Shown piece after piece: positions 49,582-63,340 of a stretch of 64,000 bases of DNA (within the stretch, counting starts at the first letter, position 1; every line of letters begins with the position of its first letter). A program made the translations under genes and the position numbers. The notes beneath the pieces are model-generated. The model was not told the DNA's origin. It ran no database searches and was given only the letters and a program-made list of their open reading frames with translations. Source of the stretch: Gnetum montanum (Eukaryota; Plantae; Gnetophyta); NCBI GenBank assembly GCA_015680685.1, contig MNCI01001177.1, positions 466,014 through 530,013 of the forward strand, written 5' to 3'.

Positions 49582-52500
49582 CTACATGTAATATGGATTC
49601 AAATAGGAATGATTAACTGGGTTGGGTAACTCATTCTTGTCCATGTCATCTGCCTTGAATGCTTTGTTACCATAGGCTTTGGTGACTAGGAAGGGCCCTT
49701 CCCAATTGGTTGAGAATTTATTTGCATGCTCTCGGATGGCTTTAAGGACTAGGTCACCTTTCTTGATCTTACATTTGGCCAAATTACAGTGATGCTACCA
49801 CTTTTGCCTCTCTTGATAGTGTTTGATGTGAGTAAGCACTTGCATACATCACTCCTCCAGTGAGTCTAGGTTCACTATCCATAACTCCTTATTTTGCTCA
49901 TCGTTGATGAAGTTAGTTATGGCTACTCAAAGTGATGGCACCTACAATTCAAGAGGTAAAACAACTTCAAAACCATAAACCAGGCTATAACAAGTTACTC
50001 TAGTTACCATGCAATAAGTTGTTCTATAAACCCATAACACATGGATAAGCTACTCATGCCATTTATGCTTACTCTTATTAAGTGTTTTCTTTTACAAGTT
50101 GATAATGGCCTTGTTGCTTGCTTTTGCTTGTTTATTGGGCTAAGGATAATAGGGTGACAAGAAAGAATGATTAATGCCTAGGTTGTGATAGAAATATTTT
50201 GTTTCATGGCTGCTAAATTGTGGCCCATAGTCAGTAATTATGGTTATGGGTATGCCAAAATAGGTCAAAATGTTATCTAAGATAAATTTACAAACTTATT
50301 CAAATGTAGTCTTCCTTAAGGGAATAGCCTCAATCCACTTCATAAAATATTTGGTTGTAGTGATGATGAAGTTATGACCTGTAGAAGACTTGGATGTTAT
50401 AGGTCCAATGATATCCAACTCCTATTGTTGAAATGACCAAGTGATCTGAGTAGCATGCAACTCTATTGATGGTATGTGTACAAGATTACTATGTCGTTGG
50501 CACGTGTCATGAAGCTTAACCTTTTGCATTTAATCACTTTTCATATGGGGCCAGTAGTAACCTAACCACCTAATCTTAGTAGCCATGGCTCTTGGTCCTA
50601 TATGTCCTCCTCAAACACCCTCATGAACCTCCTCTAGGATTGTTTCGACTTCAGTTTTACCTAAGCACTTTAGTAATATACCATCATAGGATTATTAACA
50701 TAAAATGTTATCACCTATGATGACATAATTCTTTGATTATTTCTGTATAGTGTCCTTTTGGGTAATAGTCAGGTCTTGTGAAGACTCACCATGCATAAGG
50801 TAAAATTTGATATTGTCATACAATTCCCCAGCAGGAGTAGTATGGATGATAACTATAAAGGCATCTTATATGTTCTGCATGATGTGTGCACCACAATCTA
50901 TGGTTAAGCTGGACAAATTATCAAACACATATGGCATCACATTGAGAGTTAATGTTACAATTGTGTTGGCTATGACGTTCTCATTTCTAGGTACATGCTA
51001 AATATCAACATCTGCAAATTGTTGTAATAGTTGTTTCCCTAGGTCACAGTATGTTTGTAAGTGTTTAGATTTACATGCATAGATGTTTGTTACTTGGTCA
51101 ACCACAAGTTTAGAATTACCTTTAATTGTCAAGCATCTAATTCCTAGGTCATGAGCTACCATCATTCCCCTAATTAAACCCTCATACTATGCTATGTTGT
51201 AGGTACATGGGAACTCAAAATAATAGGCGAAATGTTGGATTTGACTAGTTGGGAATGTTATGATGGCAGCAGCACTAGTCCCATGGGTAGTTGAAGCTTC
51301 ATCAAGGTGCATAACCACCTCATAACCCTAAGGAACTTGGCTAACAATATTAATATGCTCATTGAGGAACTCAGGATCTATGGTTTCTTGGCCATCAACA
51401 GGTGAAACTATGAGTTGTATAGCTATAGCTTGACCTTTTGTTGAAGATTGAGAGATGTAGTGAAGGTTAAACTTTGTGGTCATGGCTTTCCATCGAGCAT
51501 TGTGGCTACTCTCATAGATATTGGTTGTTATGGATTTGAGTACATTATCTTTGCAAATGACACAAAAGAGGTTGTGTCTCCACTTCTTCAATGAGAAGAC
51601 TAGTGCTAGACAATATTTCTTCACTTCAATGTATCAAATTAGAGAGGTGATGGATGTGTCAAAGATGACAAGGAATGTAAAAATCTCTACCCTCTTGTGG
51701 AGGATAGGATATTGGTAGTTGTGTCAACTCTTGCTTAAGGTTTTCAAAGGCCTCTTGGCATTGAGCTATCCACTCATAGTGAACCCCTTTTTAAAGTAAG
51801 TGTTGCATGGGCTATAAATTATCTGTAACCTTGGTAATAAAACTATGAATAAATTGTAATATTTCATGTAATCCTTGAAGCTTCTTAAGGTTAGCAAGTG
51901 CTACTAATCTGGATATGGCCTTAACCTTGTCAGGATTGACATGTATTCCTACTTTAAATACCAAAAAGCTAAGCATCTTGTCAATCTTGACATTAAAGAC
52001 AGCTCATATTTGAGGCACTGTTGAAGCACAAGATCTAGGTCATTAGCATTGTTACTAGCGTTCTTGGACTTAACAGCTATGTCACCCACGTAATCATTAA
52101 GAAAACCTAGCATGTAATCACTGAAGATATAAGTCATGGCTTGTTGCTAGGTTTCTCTTGCATTCTTGAGTTAAAAAGGCATCATGGCATAGAAAAAGGT
52201 TCCCGAAGGGATCATGAAGGTCATGCTAAGTTGGTTCTCTTGGTTAATCCTAATTTGGTTGTATCCCAAGAATCCATCCATAAAGAACACTAAAGCATGC
52301 CCAACTATGGTATTAATAAGCTGATCAATACTAGACAATGGAGAGTTATCTTTGATAGTTTCTTTATTTAGGTCTCGAAAATCAATGTAAATACAGATAC
52401 TTCCATATTTCTTAGGGACTACCACTATGTTGGAAACCCATTCTTTGTAGTAGATAGCCCTCATGAAACCAACTTAGTAGAGTTTCAATATTTCATCATG

Positions 52501-52965
52501 GACTGCCAAGGCTAAATTGAGTCTTATCTTATGTACTTTTTGCTTAATTGGTCTAATGCTAGGGTCCAGTATGATGTTATGTTGTACTAATCATGGGTCC
52601 AAGCTTAGCATATCTTCGCATGACTAGACAAAGGCCTTGATGTTGCCTTGTAGGACCTTAGTGATGCCTTAAGCTTGTTGAGGTTCTAGTGAGGAACTTA
52701 GTTTAAGGGATTTCTCCTCACCAATATGTGTTGTGATAGGAACCTTGACCAGAGAGTCTTTGGTTATGTCACCTACATCTAAGTCAAGGGTTTTGACTAG
52801 GTTTTCAGGCCACTATAGAGGCTTTTCTATTGAGGCTATGTAGTCAACAAGGCTCTCATGCTCAAGATCAAAGCAATTAGGATCAATATACCATTCTACA
52901 TCACTATGAGTCCCACTTAGGCTCAAAGGTGGACTAATCAACTCCTAGGTACTCATACTTTGATC
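49582..52965 (-). pseudogene. pol: Element F pol (RT-RH-aRH-INT)
   Basis: EWVSNIVVVPKK, DFRDLNK, FMDGFLGYNQI, CLALVFSLKKWRH, aRH CTYNIA.YEGLI, KGNSKLVV.QV; INT KFSTNWEGPF...VNHSYLNPYY. Confidence 0.9.
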
Positions 52966-53120
52966 CTGCATGCAAACCAAAAGCATATTAAGTGGGACCT
53001 GGGTAAATAAAATTTAGTAAATCATGCTTAAAATGATATAAAATCATGTAAATATGCTTTATTCTAGTGCAAATAAGATCAAGCATATTTACACTAATCA
53101 TGTAAATATGCTTTTTTTGC

Positions 53121-54300
53121 TTTGTTTCCACACTAATCTCTTCCCTCCAAGGAGGTATGTTAGTGTGGAGGCTTCCAAGAGGTTGATTTTTAAAAAATTT
53201 TAATCACTTTTGGACATGCATGTGCATTCCTAGGTTTGCTGGTGCTACTGGACATTACCCAAGATCAAAATTTATTAGTTTTAAGACTTGTAAGTTGAGT
53301 TTTAGGGTTACATCTTTGTTTCCACATTAAATCCCCCATCCAAGGGGTATGTTAGTGTGGAGGCTTCCAAGGGGCTAATTCTTAACAAATTTGTATCAAT
53401 TTTTGGCATGCATTGCATTCTTGGGGTTGTCGGTGTTGTTGGACAATGCCCAAGATCAAAACTTGTCAATTTTAAGATTATTTAATGTATTTTTAGGGTT
53501 ACCCCCTTGTTTCCACATCGAGCCCCCTCTTTAGGGGGTGTGTCAGCATGGAAGACTTCAAGGGGTTGATTTTTGATAATTTTGATCAATTTTGGACATG
53601 CATGTGTATTCCCAAGGTTGTCAATGCTGTTGGACACTAGCCAAGATCAAGAGTTGTCATTTTTAAGGATTTAAGTTAATTTTTGGAGTTACTCCCCTAT
53701 TTCCATGTTGAGCCCCTTTGCGGGTTATGTTAGTGTGGAGGATCCCAAGGGGATAATTTTTGACAAAATTTTGATTAGTTTTGGGCATGCATGTGCATTC
53801 CCAAGGTTGTTAGTGCTGTTGGACACTGCCCAAGATTAAAACTTGTTAATTTTAAGGCTATTTAATGAATTTTCATGGTTACCCCCTTGTTTTCATGTTG
53901 AGTCCCCCTCCAGGGTAGTGTGTCATTGTGGAGGACTTCAAGTGGTTGATTTTTAATAAATTTTGATCAGTTTTGAACACACATGTGCATTCTTGGGGTT
54001 GCTAGTGCTGTTGGACACTGCCCAAGATCAAAACTTGTTAGTTTTGAGGTTATTTAATGTATTTTCATGGTTTCCCCCTTGTTTCCATGTTGAGCCCCTT
54101 TCCATCAAGGTGTGTCAATGTGGAGGACTCCAAGGGGTTGATTTTTGATAAATTTTGATCAAATTTAGGCATGCATGTGCATTCCCAGGGTTGTTGGTGC
54201 TGTGAGACACTACCCAAGATCAAAATTTGTCATTTTTAAGGCTTTTAAGTTAATTTTTGAGGTTACTGCCTTGTTTCCACACTAAGGCCCCTCCTCCAAG
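53121..54300. repeat. Satellite-like tandem array, ~190-bp unit, six full copies plus a partial one
   Basis: Unit starts (TGTTTCCA) near 53121, 53315, 53506, 53697, 53886, 54078, 54270. Confidence 0.9.
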
Positions 54301-57106
54301 GGGGTAAGCAAGGGGTTAAGAACCAAGGGTGTGAGAACCAAAGGAGATTATTGACTACTGGAGGTCATAGAGGGGTAGCAAGGCTCTCAATGCAAGAACT
54401 ATGGTCACTAGAGGTTGGGGAAGAGGATTTTGATGTTATACCTCCTTAAACCCTCATGTTGGCCCCATGCTGAATGGCATGGAGGCTAGATTCACCAACA
54501 TGGGATAATATTGCAAATTAACTTGTTTGAATGTGAGAGCTAAGCTATTGGAGGTTAATGAAGGTCAATCATGATAACTAGGTGCTTAGTATATATAGCT
54601 AAGTGGTCAATTTATGGAATTTTATACCAAATCCCATCCCTCCATCCATGTTAGGGTTAAGGTGCTTAGCATGGATAAGGCCTTCCCCTCGTATGGAACC
54701 ATCAATCGAAAGGTTTTGACCATTGTGACTAGGTTTTCCAAGGTTTAGGGGTTGTCGAGAGTGATTGGATAGGATCTTAGTCATGTGGGCCCCCTTTAGG
54801 GGTCAGAGGTAGTGGGAGGGATGAATGAGGGTTACCCTCCTTTGTTCCATGCTGAGCCTCCCCCCTAGGGGATAAGCTAGGGTGGACACCTAGGGTGACT
54901 ATTTTAGAAAATTTTGACCCCCTTTTAGAGCATGGGGCTGAATGGTGCAAATTGAAATGGCTAACAATGGTAAGAAAGTTAGCTTTATATGGTTTTGATG
55001 GGTGAAAGGCATGCATCCATGTTGACTATGATACCCCTAATGTGGATGCATGGGGGTGAAGGCTTGGGAATGGTTCTATGTGTTGAAGGGGTCAAAACCC
55101 CAACGTTGACATAGTTACTAATCCAAAAAGTAGCATGTGTGAGGGCGTAGGGTGGGGTCCATGGGTTTTACAAATTTAAAACATAAAAAATAAAATACAA
55201 ATAAATGTAGTCACTATTTCCTCCATTCACTTCCAACATGGAGGATACTTTTCCCCCTTTAAACTTCAGTGTACAGGGAATTGCAATACACAAAATTAGC
55301 AAGTAGGGGTTTGGGGTGGAAACGTTAAGTTTTATGGATTTTTAATGCCAAAACTTGTACAAACTTATCAAAAATAACCATTCTATCAATCAACATAGTG
55401 GATAAGAGCCTTGGCATCCATTGTTGTAGTTGATCTTGTGGAATCTTAGCGTTGAAGCTTCTCCTCCATCTCTTAGCCAGCATTGAGGCTTTTCCCTCTT
55501 TAGATTTTAAGCCTCCTTCCAATGTTAAGCATTCATTATGAAGAAAAATAGCAAGAATCCTCACATCCAAGCATCAGGTAAGGTTGACAAAAGGATCTCC
55601 ACCTTTTCTAAGGTCATTTCAATCCAAGGGACCTCCTCATTAATTCCAAGGTAGCACATTCTTTGCCTTTTTCATAATGTTCTAGGCATTTTTGTTATTT
55701 CTTCTAGGTGGTAATAGATTGTTTTTCTCAAATCTAGTTAAAAATAGTTGATAAAATTGAAATCTAGTGAAATCCCACATCATTTTTTGCCTATTTTCAT
55801 GTGGATCTAGGGTTATTTTTCTGTTTTCACCTTGGTAAATAAGATTTTTGAAATTAGGCTTGCTCTTTCAAGTGCTTTTCTAAAAGTCTCATGTTGAGGC
55901 CATTAATCTTAGGTCTAGGGCCAAGGACTCATTAACATTAAATTATAATGGCATCCTACCCCCTTATTTAATTGCATTTTGTGATGGGTTTATGTTGGTT
56001 TGGATATTTTGGCTATATTCTATGACTACATAATGTCAAATTTGAGTTTTTTTTATGCTTTTTGTTTCAAAAAAGCAAGTTATGTTGTGTATTTTTTATT
56101 AGAAACATGGCTTAAGTTTTGCAAAATTTAATGTTTTATTTTTTTATTGTTGTATTTAAGCTTTGAAATAGATGTGTTATTGTTTAATTTGAAGTCATAT
56201 TGATCAAGTCATGGCTATTTTAGTTTGGTTGTTTAGTTAGGGTTTTGTGCCATTGTTTAGATTGTTATTAGCATTAATGAATTGTTTTAGAAAAAGTAGC
56301 TAGGTTTTGAATTTTTATTGATCATGGGTGCGTAGGGCTTGATTTAAGATTTCAAATGGTGGTGGAATCACTCTGTTTAAAGCTCGAATTAATTTTTAGT
56401 GAAATTTTTCCTAACCTTGTGTGAATGGGGGTTGATGGTGGTGGCTACAATTTTGCTATCCTTGGCTATGTTTTGCAAGAATGGTTACATGTTTTTTGGT
56501 TACAATGTTCATGAGTAGAAAGTTCATGCTTTTAGGATTCCTTCCATGGTGAAATCATTGAAATCTAGGCTAAGATTATTTTCTTATGAATTTTGTAATA
56601 AGGTTGTATTAATTGGTCTAAATTTGGTTATAGCACTTTACCCCTTTGAGGATGGATGTGGTTGCCATGGTTAAAATTTTCAACCTCTATGCTCTTGGGG
56701 AAATTTTTTATAAATTATGTTCTAATTTTTTTTCATGTGTTTTTTAAAGAAAATATCTTCTTACTATTTTTAGTAAGTTTTGTTTGTTTTAATTTATGTC
56801 TATTATGTCCACTTTTCTATGTTTTAATGCTTTTTCTAAATGCATGTTTTGAGCAAAGGCATAATTTTGGTTGTGATGTTTTTGTTATGATGGGTTTGGC
56901 TATGATATTAAGTCTAGGAGAGGTTGTAACAATATATTTATTTTTTTTTTTGTGAATTTTCTTAAGTAAATTTGAACCAACACCTTAGAGCTTTTTATGG
57001 AAGCTAATTTCACCACCAACTAAGATGTGTAAATTTTGTTAAGAAATTCTAAGTGTTGGAATGTTGTGTTAATGTTGTTTGTTTGTTTATTATTTTCCCC
57101 TTGTAG

Positions 57107-60100
57107 GGTCTTGCTCAAGCCAATGCTCATTTTGGTTGAGCTAGTTGGTGTTCTCTGCTATCTCGGTCGGCTTACAGACCATACTCTTTCTAACTTAGCA
57201 TTGGAGAAGACATCAACATGGTTCCACATAAGAGCTAGGGACTTTCTTAATTATCTTTTCTAGCACTTTAGTGTGATTATGTGGTCACACTTGTCTAAGA
57301 ATGTGGCCACAATCATTGTGAAAACTTTGCTGCCTAGCTCTGCACACTTGATTGCTCAATCTATAACTGATGGACAGGAGATTCGAGTAGTAGGAGAATT
57401 GATGAATTTCATTAGTCCATGGTACCTTTCAAATATTTTGAGCATGCTAGAGTATTCATAGTACAACATGAATAATACTTTTATGGTGGTGTAAAGAGTC
57501 CACTCCTTATTTTAGAATCCTCTAGGAACTATGTACTGATTACAAGGGTAAGCACGGTTATCATAGGTTTTAATATTTTGGTTTTAACTCATTCAATTTT
57601 CTCTCTTCTAACTTGTTGGTTTCACATGTATCTTGTAGGTACAAGGTTAATAATCAAGGGTCTAATCAAGAATGATCAAACCTTGGTGGCAGCCTATGCC
57701 ACGTTGAACAAATTCAACAAGAAGCCCAAAATTAGATATGTTGTTTTTGAATAGCTAAGATGGGAGTTTGATGAATAGAAAACTAGATTTGACCCCATTT
57801 ACAAGAAGTGTGTGGCTACCAAAATAGCACACAGTTGGTGGATGACCCCTAAGGATATCAAAGATATGGGTATTACTACTAGGACCTCCACGCAAGCTTC
57901 TCTAAGTAAGAAGAAAAAGAGTGAGAAATCAGGTACATTGTTATGCTAAAAGTTTCGTGGTTGCTTAGGCTTAAAAATTTTCTTATGACTAAAACATAGT
58001 TTTATTGATGCCAAACACTTGTATTTTGCTTACAAGGCCTTCCACTTCTATAAATTTTATCATAACCCTCACTGGATGTTTTGCCAAGAACCTCATGCTA
58101 AAGTTCTATGAGGTGGATCTAGCACAGGAATGGTTAAGGGAGAATGCATTTGAAGACATTCAAGCAAAAATTGCTCATGTAGGTTTGCTTGAGATATTCA
58201 TGATATCCAACCCTATCATCCCTTCTACAAAGATGCTAAACATCATTGATTCTTTTGATGAAAAGTTGATGTGTTCCGCGCCACAATACAAGGCTTATCC
58301 ATTAGTATTGCCATTAGTGCATCTACCTTCCATGACTTATTTAATGTTCCCACTAATAGGATGATAGTTGCTACCAAACCAATGAAAGAGGTAGGCCACA
58401 ATTTAGATGTTGAGAAATGGCTTGATGCTACCAAGGGCCACTCCGGTCTTGCTTGTAGTAGCTTTACAAACCTTGTTGCAAAAGAGTCTTATCCCTAGTT
58501 CAGATCTAGGGTATTTCCCAAATTATTGTCTCAAAATAAGGTGATTGATGTTGCATAGGAATGGATCTTCAAGAAAGTTATGATGGAGGGGACTTGGTTT
58601 AATTGGGCTACTTCCTTAGCTACGAGCCTTAAAGAGGAAATCCTCAAAATTTGCATAGACTCTTTTACAATAGTTCACATGCACCATGCATTTTTTGTAG
58701 GCTACTTGAATAGTTTTGTAGAATTTTTGGTGGTGAAGTAAGGTGGATCATGGATGTGCTAGGATTCATGGAAACTCTCCAGGCCTTGGATAAAGCATCT
58801 TTATGCAACCATGAGTGCTTAGAAACAACTAGAGGGTATGGAAGATTCACTATTTGTGACCACCAAGGATCTTGATGTTAGTCGGTATGAATCCCCTAAA
58901 AACATGAGTGAGGTACCTCTTACATTTCTAACAAACATTAAAATGGCCCAACGATTACATGCCAAAGCTACTAGAGTAGCTAGGGCTAACTTGAAGAGGC
59001 CCATATAGGAAGCACCACTAGTAGCAAATCCACCTTTCATGAAAAATATTATCTTTGAGATCTCACACTTGGACTAGGCAGTCACAGGTATACTTCTACT
59101 ATGCTTTCTTTTCCTTTTTTTTGGTTATGTTTTGTTCTATGGGTATTCATGTTAATTTGTCTAATGATTTATGGTTATAGATTAATGGCAGAACTTGGAA
59201 GCCCATGTTACTGTTGTAGAAGAAGAACAAAGATAAGAAAAAGAGGGACATAGGCATGACAAGGAGGAAGAGTAGAGGTGTAGGGTTGTCACAGAGGAAG
59301 AATAGAGGTGTGTAGAGGAGGCGCTCTTGTAACAAGATATTGGTGATCTTGATGCCTTGTTTAGTGGGTCACTACCTAGGGAGTCTCCTATTGAAATCCA
59401 TGATAATGATGAAGATGATCATGAGAATGAAGCAGAGAGCACATGTATGCTTATGCTCTACTTGTTATTGCTTATAGTTTGATGTTTGGTTTTAGAGTTC
59501 TTAGTTATCCAACAATTTTTATGCTTATTGTAGTTCCTAAGCTAGCAACAAAGGCCCTTATACCTAAGTTTCACATGAAATCATGGGTAGAGATCCCAAA
59601 CAAGATAGAATTCAAGCACAAAATGGCAAAGAACATTGTTGGTTAGTTGCAATAAGTTGCGCATGAAATTGATAATAATCATGTTTTAATATGCCTTAGT
59701 CATTTTTCTATGAGATGTATTTTATGCTACCGCTATATTGTATATTGAGTTTAGGATTATTATTTTTGTTCTTTTTAGTGCCATCAGTCACATGGGATCT
59801 GGCCCAAGACATGAAGTTTGACTCCTTGCCTAAACTTCCTTATGACACCACACATGTTCCCTTGAAGCTTTACAAAATGCCCATTGATCTAATGGCTTCA
59901 TGTGCTAAAGCTTCATGGAAGATTCAAAGGTCTAATGAATTCCTATGGAAGTAGCTTATGGGCTTGAAGGAGAAAAATAAAAGACAAGTTGAGAGGATCT
60001 AAGATCTCAATTAGTGTAAGGCTTTTGTGGATGCCCAAGTGGAGAACTCAGAGGCCTTATGAACCAAAGAGGTCATGTGGGCCTACTACTAGTGCACTAT

Positions 60101-60586
60101 CCATGATAGGATTACTCTTTCTTAGGAGTTTCATGTGCAACAAATAAGGCATAGGATTGGAAAGCTTATTATGCTTGGGTCCTAGAGTGGGGTAAGACCC
60201 AAAGGAACCACAAACGTAAGTATAATGTCAATTGAGATGCCTATTTGAAATGGTTGAGGAAGGATACAACTAAGTGGCAAAAGAGAGAAATGCTTATTTA
60301 GGGTATTTATGCTAAGTGTTCTTTCAAACTTTTTGAAAGCACTCCAATAGTGATTGAGTCTCCTACTCCACAAATCACCATAGCTATAGATGAGGTTGAT
60401 ACTGCTACAATCTCATAGGAGCCACCATCATGGATGAGTATGGATAGAAGCAACATCCTCATGGGCATTAAATTAGGGGACATTGACTGGGCTAATATGA
60501 CAAAAGATTAGATTCTCCAATGTTTGGAGACTAGCCTTTATCATCTTTCCCAAGAGTTTGCAAAGCTAAATTCTTCACAAGCATGA
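57107..60586 (+). pseudogene. Antisense multi-exon gene of element F, homologous to 12558-16025
   Basis: Exons ~57107-57547, 57639-57932, ~58036-59087, ~59192-59444, ~59533-59671, ~59779-60586; LLKPMLILVELVGVLC...FLNYLF.HFSVIMWSHLS...NNTF...NP..TMY; FPKLLSQNKV...EGTWFNWATSL; WD..Q...PKLP; ILMGIKLGDIDWANMTKD. Confidence 0.8.
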
Positions 60587-60659
60587 TAACTTTTACATTT
60601 TCCATTTTTGAAGCTTTAGTTATTTTTTTTTTAGTTTTAGGTGTTTTTTTTATCAAGTT

Positions 60660-61923
60660 TGTACCGCCCGAAATCGTCGGTCCTCGGCTGGAAGGAAAAA
60701 CAGGGACCGCGGGATCGCAGGACGAGCACAGATGACCCTACCTTCGCCTGAGGGTGAGCTGGAATGCACGAAAGTAGGGTACCTTGGGTGGTCCGCACGC
60801 GAATCAGACAAGGATTTTGCCAAGCGTCACCAAAGTGTTATACGCCGGGTTATACGTAAACTATGTAACAGGCGTAAAACGGAGCGAACAGTGTAAACAG
60901 GGCGTAAACAAAATGTAAATGGTGTAACAGCGTAAACAGCATGTGCAGCGTAAAACGTAAACAAAATGTAAACGGTGTAACAGTGTAAACAAGGTGTGTA
61001 CAGCGTAAACAGCGTGAACAGAGCGTAGGCGGCGTGATCAGAGCGTAAATGTAAACGAGCGTAAGCAGAAACGCATGCAAGAAATCAGCGTAAACTGTAA
61101 AGCGTAACCTATAAACTGTAAACTGTAAACTGTATTATGAAATGGGAATGTGGTGCACCGGTCTAACGTAGTTGTGGCTGGGCACAAGGTGGACGTAAAG
61201 CCCCGGTGGGTGCAAGGATGCAGCTAGTTCGCACGGTAGGCGGAGCGTAGAGACTGTGCTCAGCGTATAGGACTTCCAGCGTAAGCTTAAGAGGGTTTTA
61301 GGCTCTGGGTTGCAGCGTAATTGCTCTGGGGTCTGCTCTGGTAAATTTTTGCCGACCTTGAAAACGCAGAAAACTGGGCTTTTTATAGGTGGAGTTTTAC
61401 CGGGAAAATCGGGTCGGGAGACACGTGGCGTGTCGACTAGGTGCATACAATTTAGAAATATGGTATACGTTGGGCGTATATGCTGAGGCGTGTGAACTTT
61501 GGTGGACACTGGGCATATACGCTAGGGCGTATACGCTGATGAATGCTGGCGTAAATGCTGGGACATATATGCTGATGGATGCTGGGTGTATACGTTGGGG
61601 CGTATACGCTGATGGATGCTGGCGTATACGCTGGGCGTATACGCTGATGAATGTTGGCCGCCAACTTGCTTCAATTCTTGCTCCTGTTGTAGCTGCTGAG
61701 TGTACATGAGGCATGTATGCTGGGCGTCGGGCGTAAACACTGGGCGTAGACGCTGGGCGCAGACGTTGGGCGTATACGCTGGCACAACACTTGGTAAAAA
61801 TTGAGTGTTTCGATCCTCGAAATTGCCATGTGTGACTTCAAATGTAGCCAACATCGTCTGAGGGTCACGGGGATCTGCTTCTTGTTAGACAAGTGCCAAA
61901 ATCAAAATTTTTGTGGTGTTTCA
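60660..61923 (-). repeat. 3' LTR of element C
   Basis: TGTACCGCCCG...GGTGTTTCA termini; minus-strand CCTATAAAAAG ~61379-61389; GCGTAAAC and GCGTATACGC repeat blocks. Confidence 0.85.
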
Positions 61924-62914
61924 TTGGCCCCTCTTTGTTGATGCTTGGAGGAATCGACCGGAGAAGCGTTGACAAAGAAGCGCAAAACACCACAAGCAAC
62001 TTGATAAAAGCTTTGTCCCTTGCCACTTGACTAGACGTCATCGTACCGTGTTTAGTAGTGTATGGGATTGAAAAAGGTGAGATTGGTAGCTGGTAGGAGA
62101 GAAGGGATTGTGGGGATTGGTGACTGCCCTAAGGGATTATGTTGGGGAAATGGGATGCTCAGATGTGCGGCATGCCGGTCCTCATCGATAGCCATTTTCT
62201 GGCAGACTTCGGAATTCGGACATGCGATGCGCGTCCTTTGGCGGAATAGTGCTCTTAGTTAGTGTTCAAGAGAGCTTGTTGTCAATGCCAAAGCCATGAG
62301 ATGATGCTTTGCATTCTTTGGAGGAACAACACCCTTCTTTGGGGGAAACTGTAAGCGAAGAGCCAAAGCCATGCAATAGGATATTTCTTGATTGCTTTTG
62401 ACATGAGTACCTATTTTCAAGACCGATACCTTCCCGCCTGGGGCTTGTATGGGAAGTGCCAAGGGTCCCGTTTTTTTTTGAAACTGTACTTGTACTCATG
62501 TGCGAACATTGTGTTTTGTGTGTTGCGACTGCTGTAGTGTTTTGCAGTGTGCAATAGTTTGGTGAAGAGAGAGTGAATTTTCGGGGGAATGGGAATGTAC
62601 GGGCTAACGGTTGGATTTAGTCTTGCCAGGTAGATTAATGGACATTGCTTGACCTTGCTGCCCATGGTGAAATGCACTCTTGTACGAGCACTTCTGAGCG
62701 TCATCCTGCAAACATGACTCCAAAGAGACAAGAAAACCACGAGTGAATAAATGAGCTTAGATTTAAACAGTGGCAGGTGAACAAAAATATTGGGGGCGAT
62801 TCTGAGCACTAAATGCGAATTGTCGATGATGTTGATGAGATTGTGTGCCGATGAGGGATGCAATGATTCTAATGAATGAATACGGCTGTGGAGCGAAGAG
62901 TTGGAGATGAACGT

Positions 62915-63320
62915 GTCAGTTTACAGTCTTGACGGACTGTCATAGGTTAGTTTTGTGTCGTAACCCATTGGACATTGCCCGTTTAGCGTCGTGGCGGATG
63001 GTATATTGCCAGTTTCGGGTCTTAGCGGACCATGCAGAGGCAAGCTAGTTTACAGTCTTAGCGGACTCTGGTGGTTGAGACGGTGACAGTTTACTGTCGT
63101 GCTGGACAGATGCTAGTTTATCATCATTGCGGACACTGTGGGGTATCAGTTTATTGTCATGATGCCAGGACAATGGCGGAGTTAGTTTTAAGTCGTAACC
63201 CAAGACTGTTCTGTGGTATCAGTTTATAGTCATAATCCAGGACTTATCTATGGTATCAGTTTATAGTCGTGATTCCAGGACTAGCTGTGGTATCAGTTTA
63301 TAGTGGTGATTCCAGGACTA
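62915..63320. repeat. AGTTTA-core ~30-bp repeats downstream of the element C integrase
   Basis: About 11 units such as CAGTTTACAGTCTTAGCGGAC and GGTATCAGTTTATAGTC. Confidence 0.8.
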
Positions 63321-63340
63321 GGACATACCTGAGCTCAAAT

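Larger units (their letters stand above)
47027..60659 (-). mobile_element. Element F: second Tat-clade element with the same layout as A; gag/protease and 5' LTR presumably lie beyond element C, outside the window
   Basis: 3' LTR + PPT, AGTTTAAGG repeats, INT-aRH-RH-RT, splice acceptor and antisense gene homologous to A's; interrupts the RT of element E. Confidence 0.85.

Noticed and set aside
60850-62863. Many overlapping 70-150 aa ORFs
   Set aside because: Arise from stop-poor repeats in element C's LTR and 3' UTR; no recognisable domains
62915-63320. Repeat-spacer look of the AGTTTA arrays suggesting CRISPR
   Set aside because: Eukaryotic retrotransposon context, degenerate repeats, irregular related spacers and no cas genes
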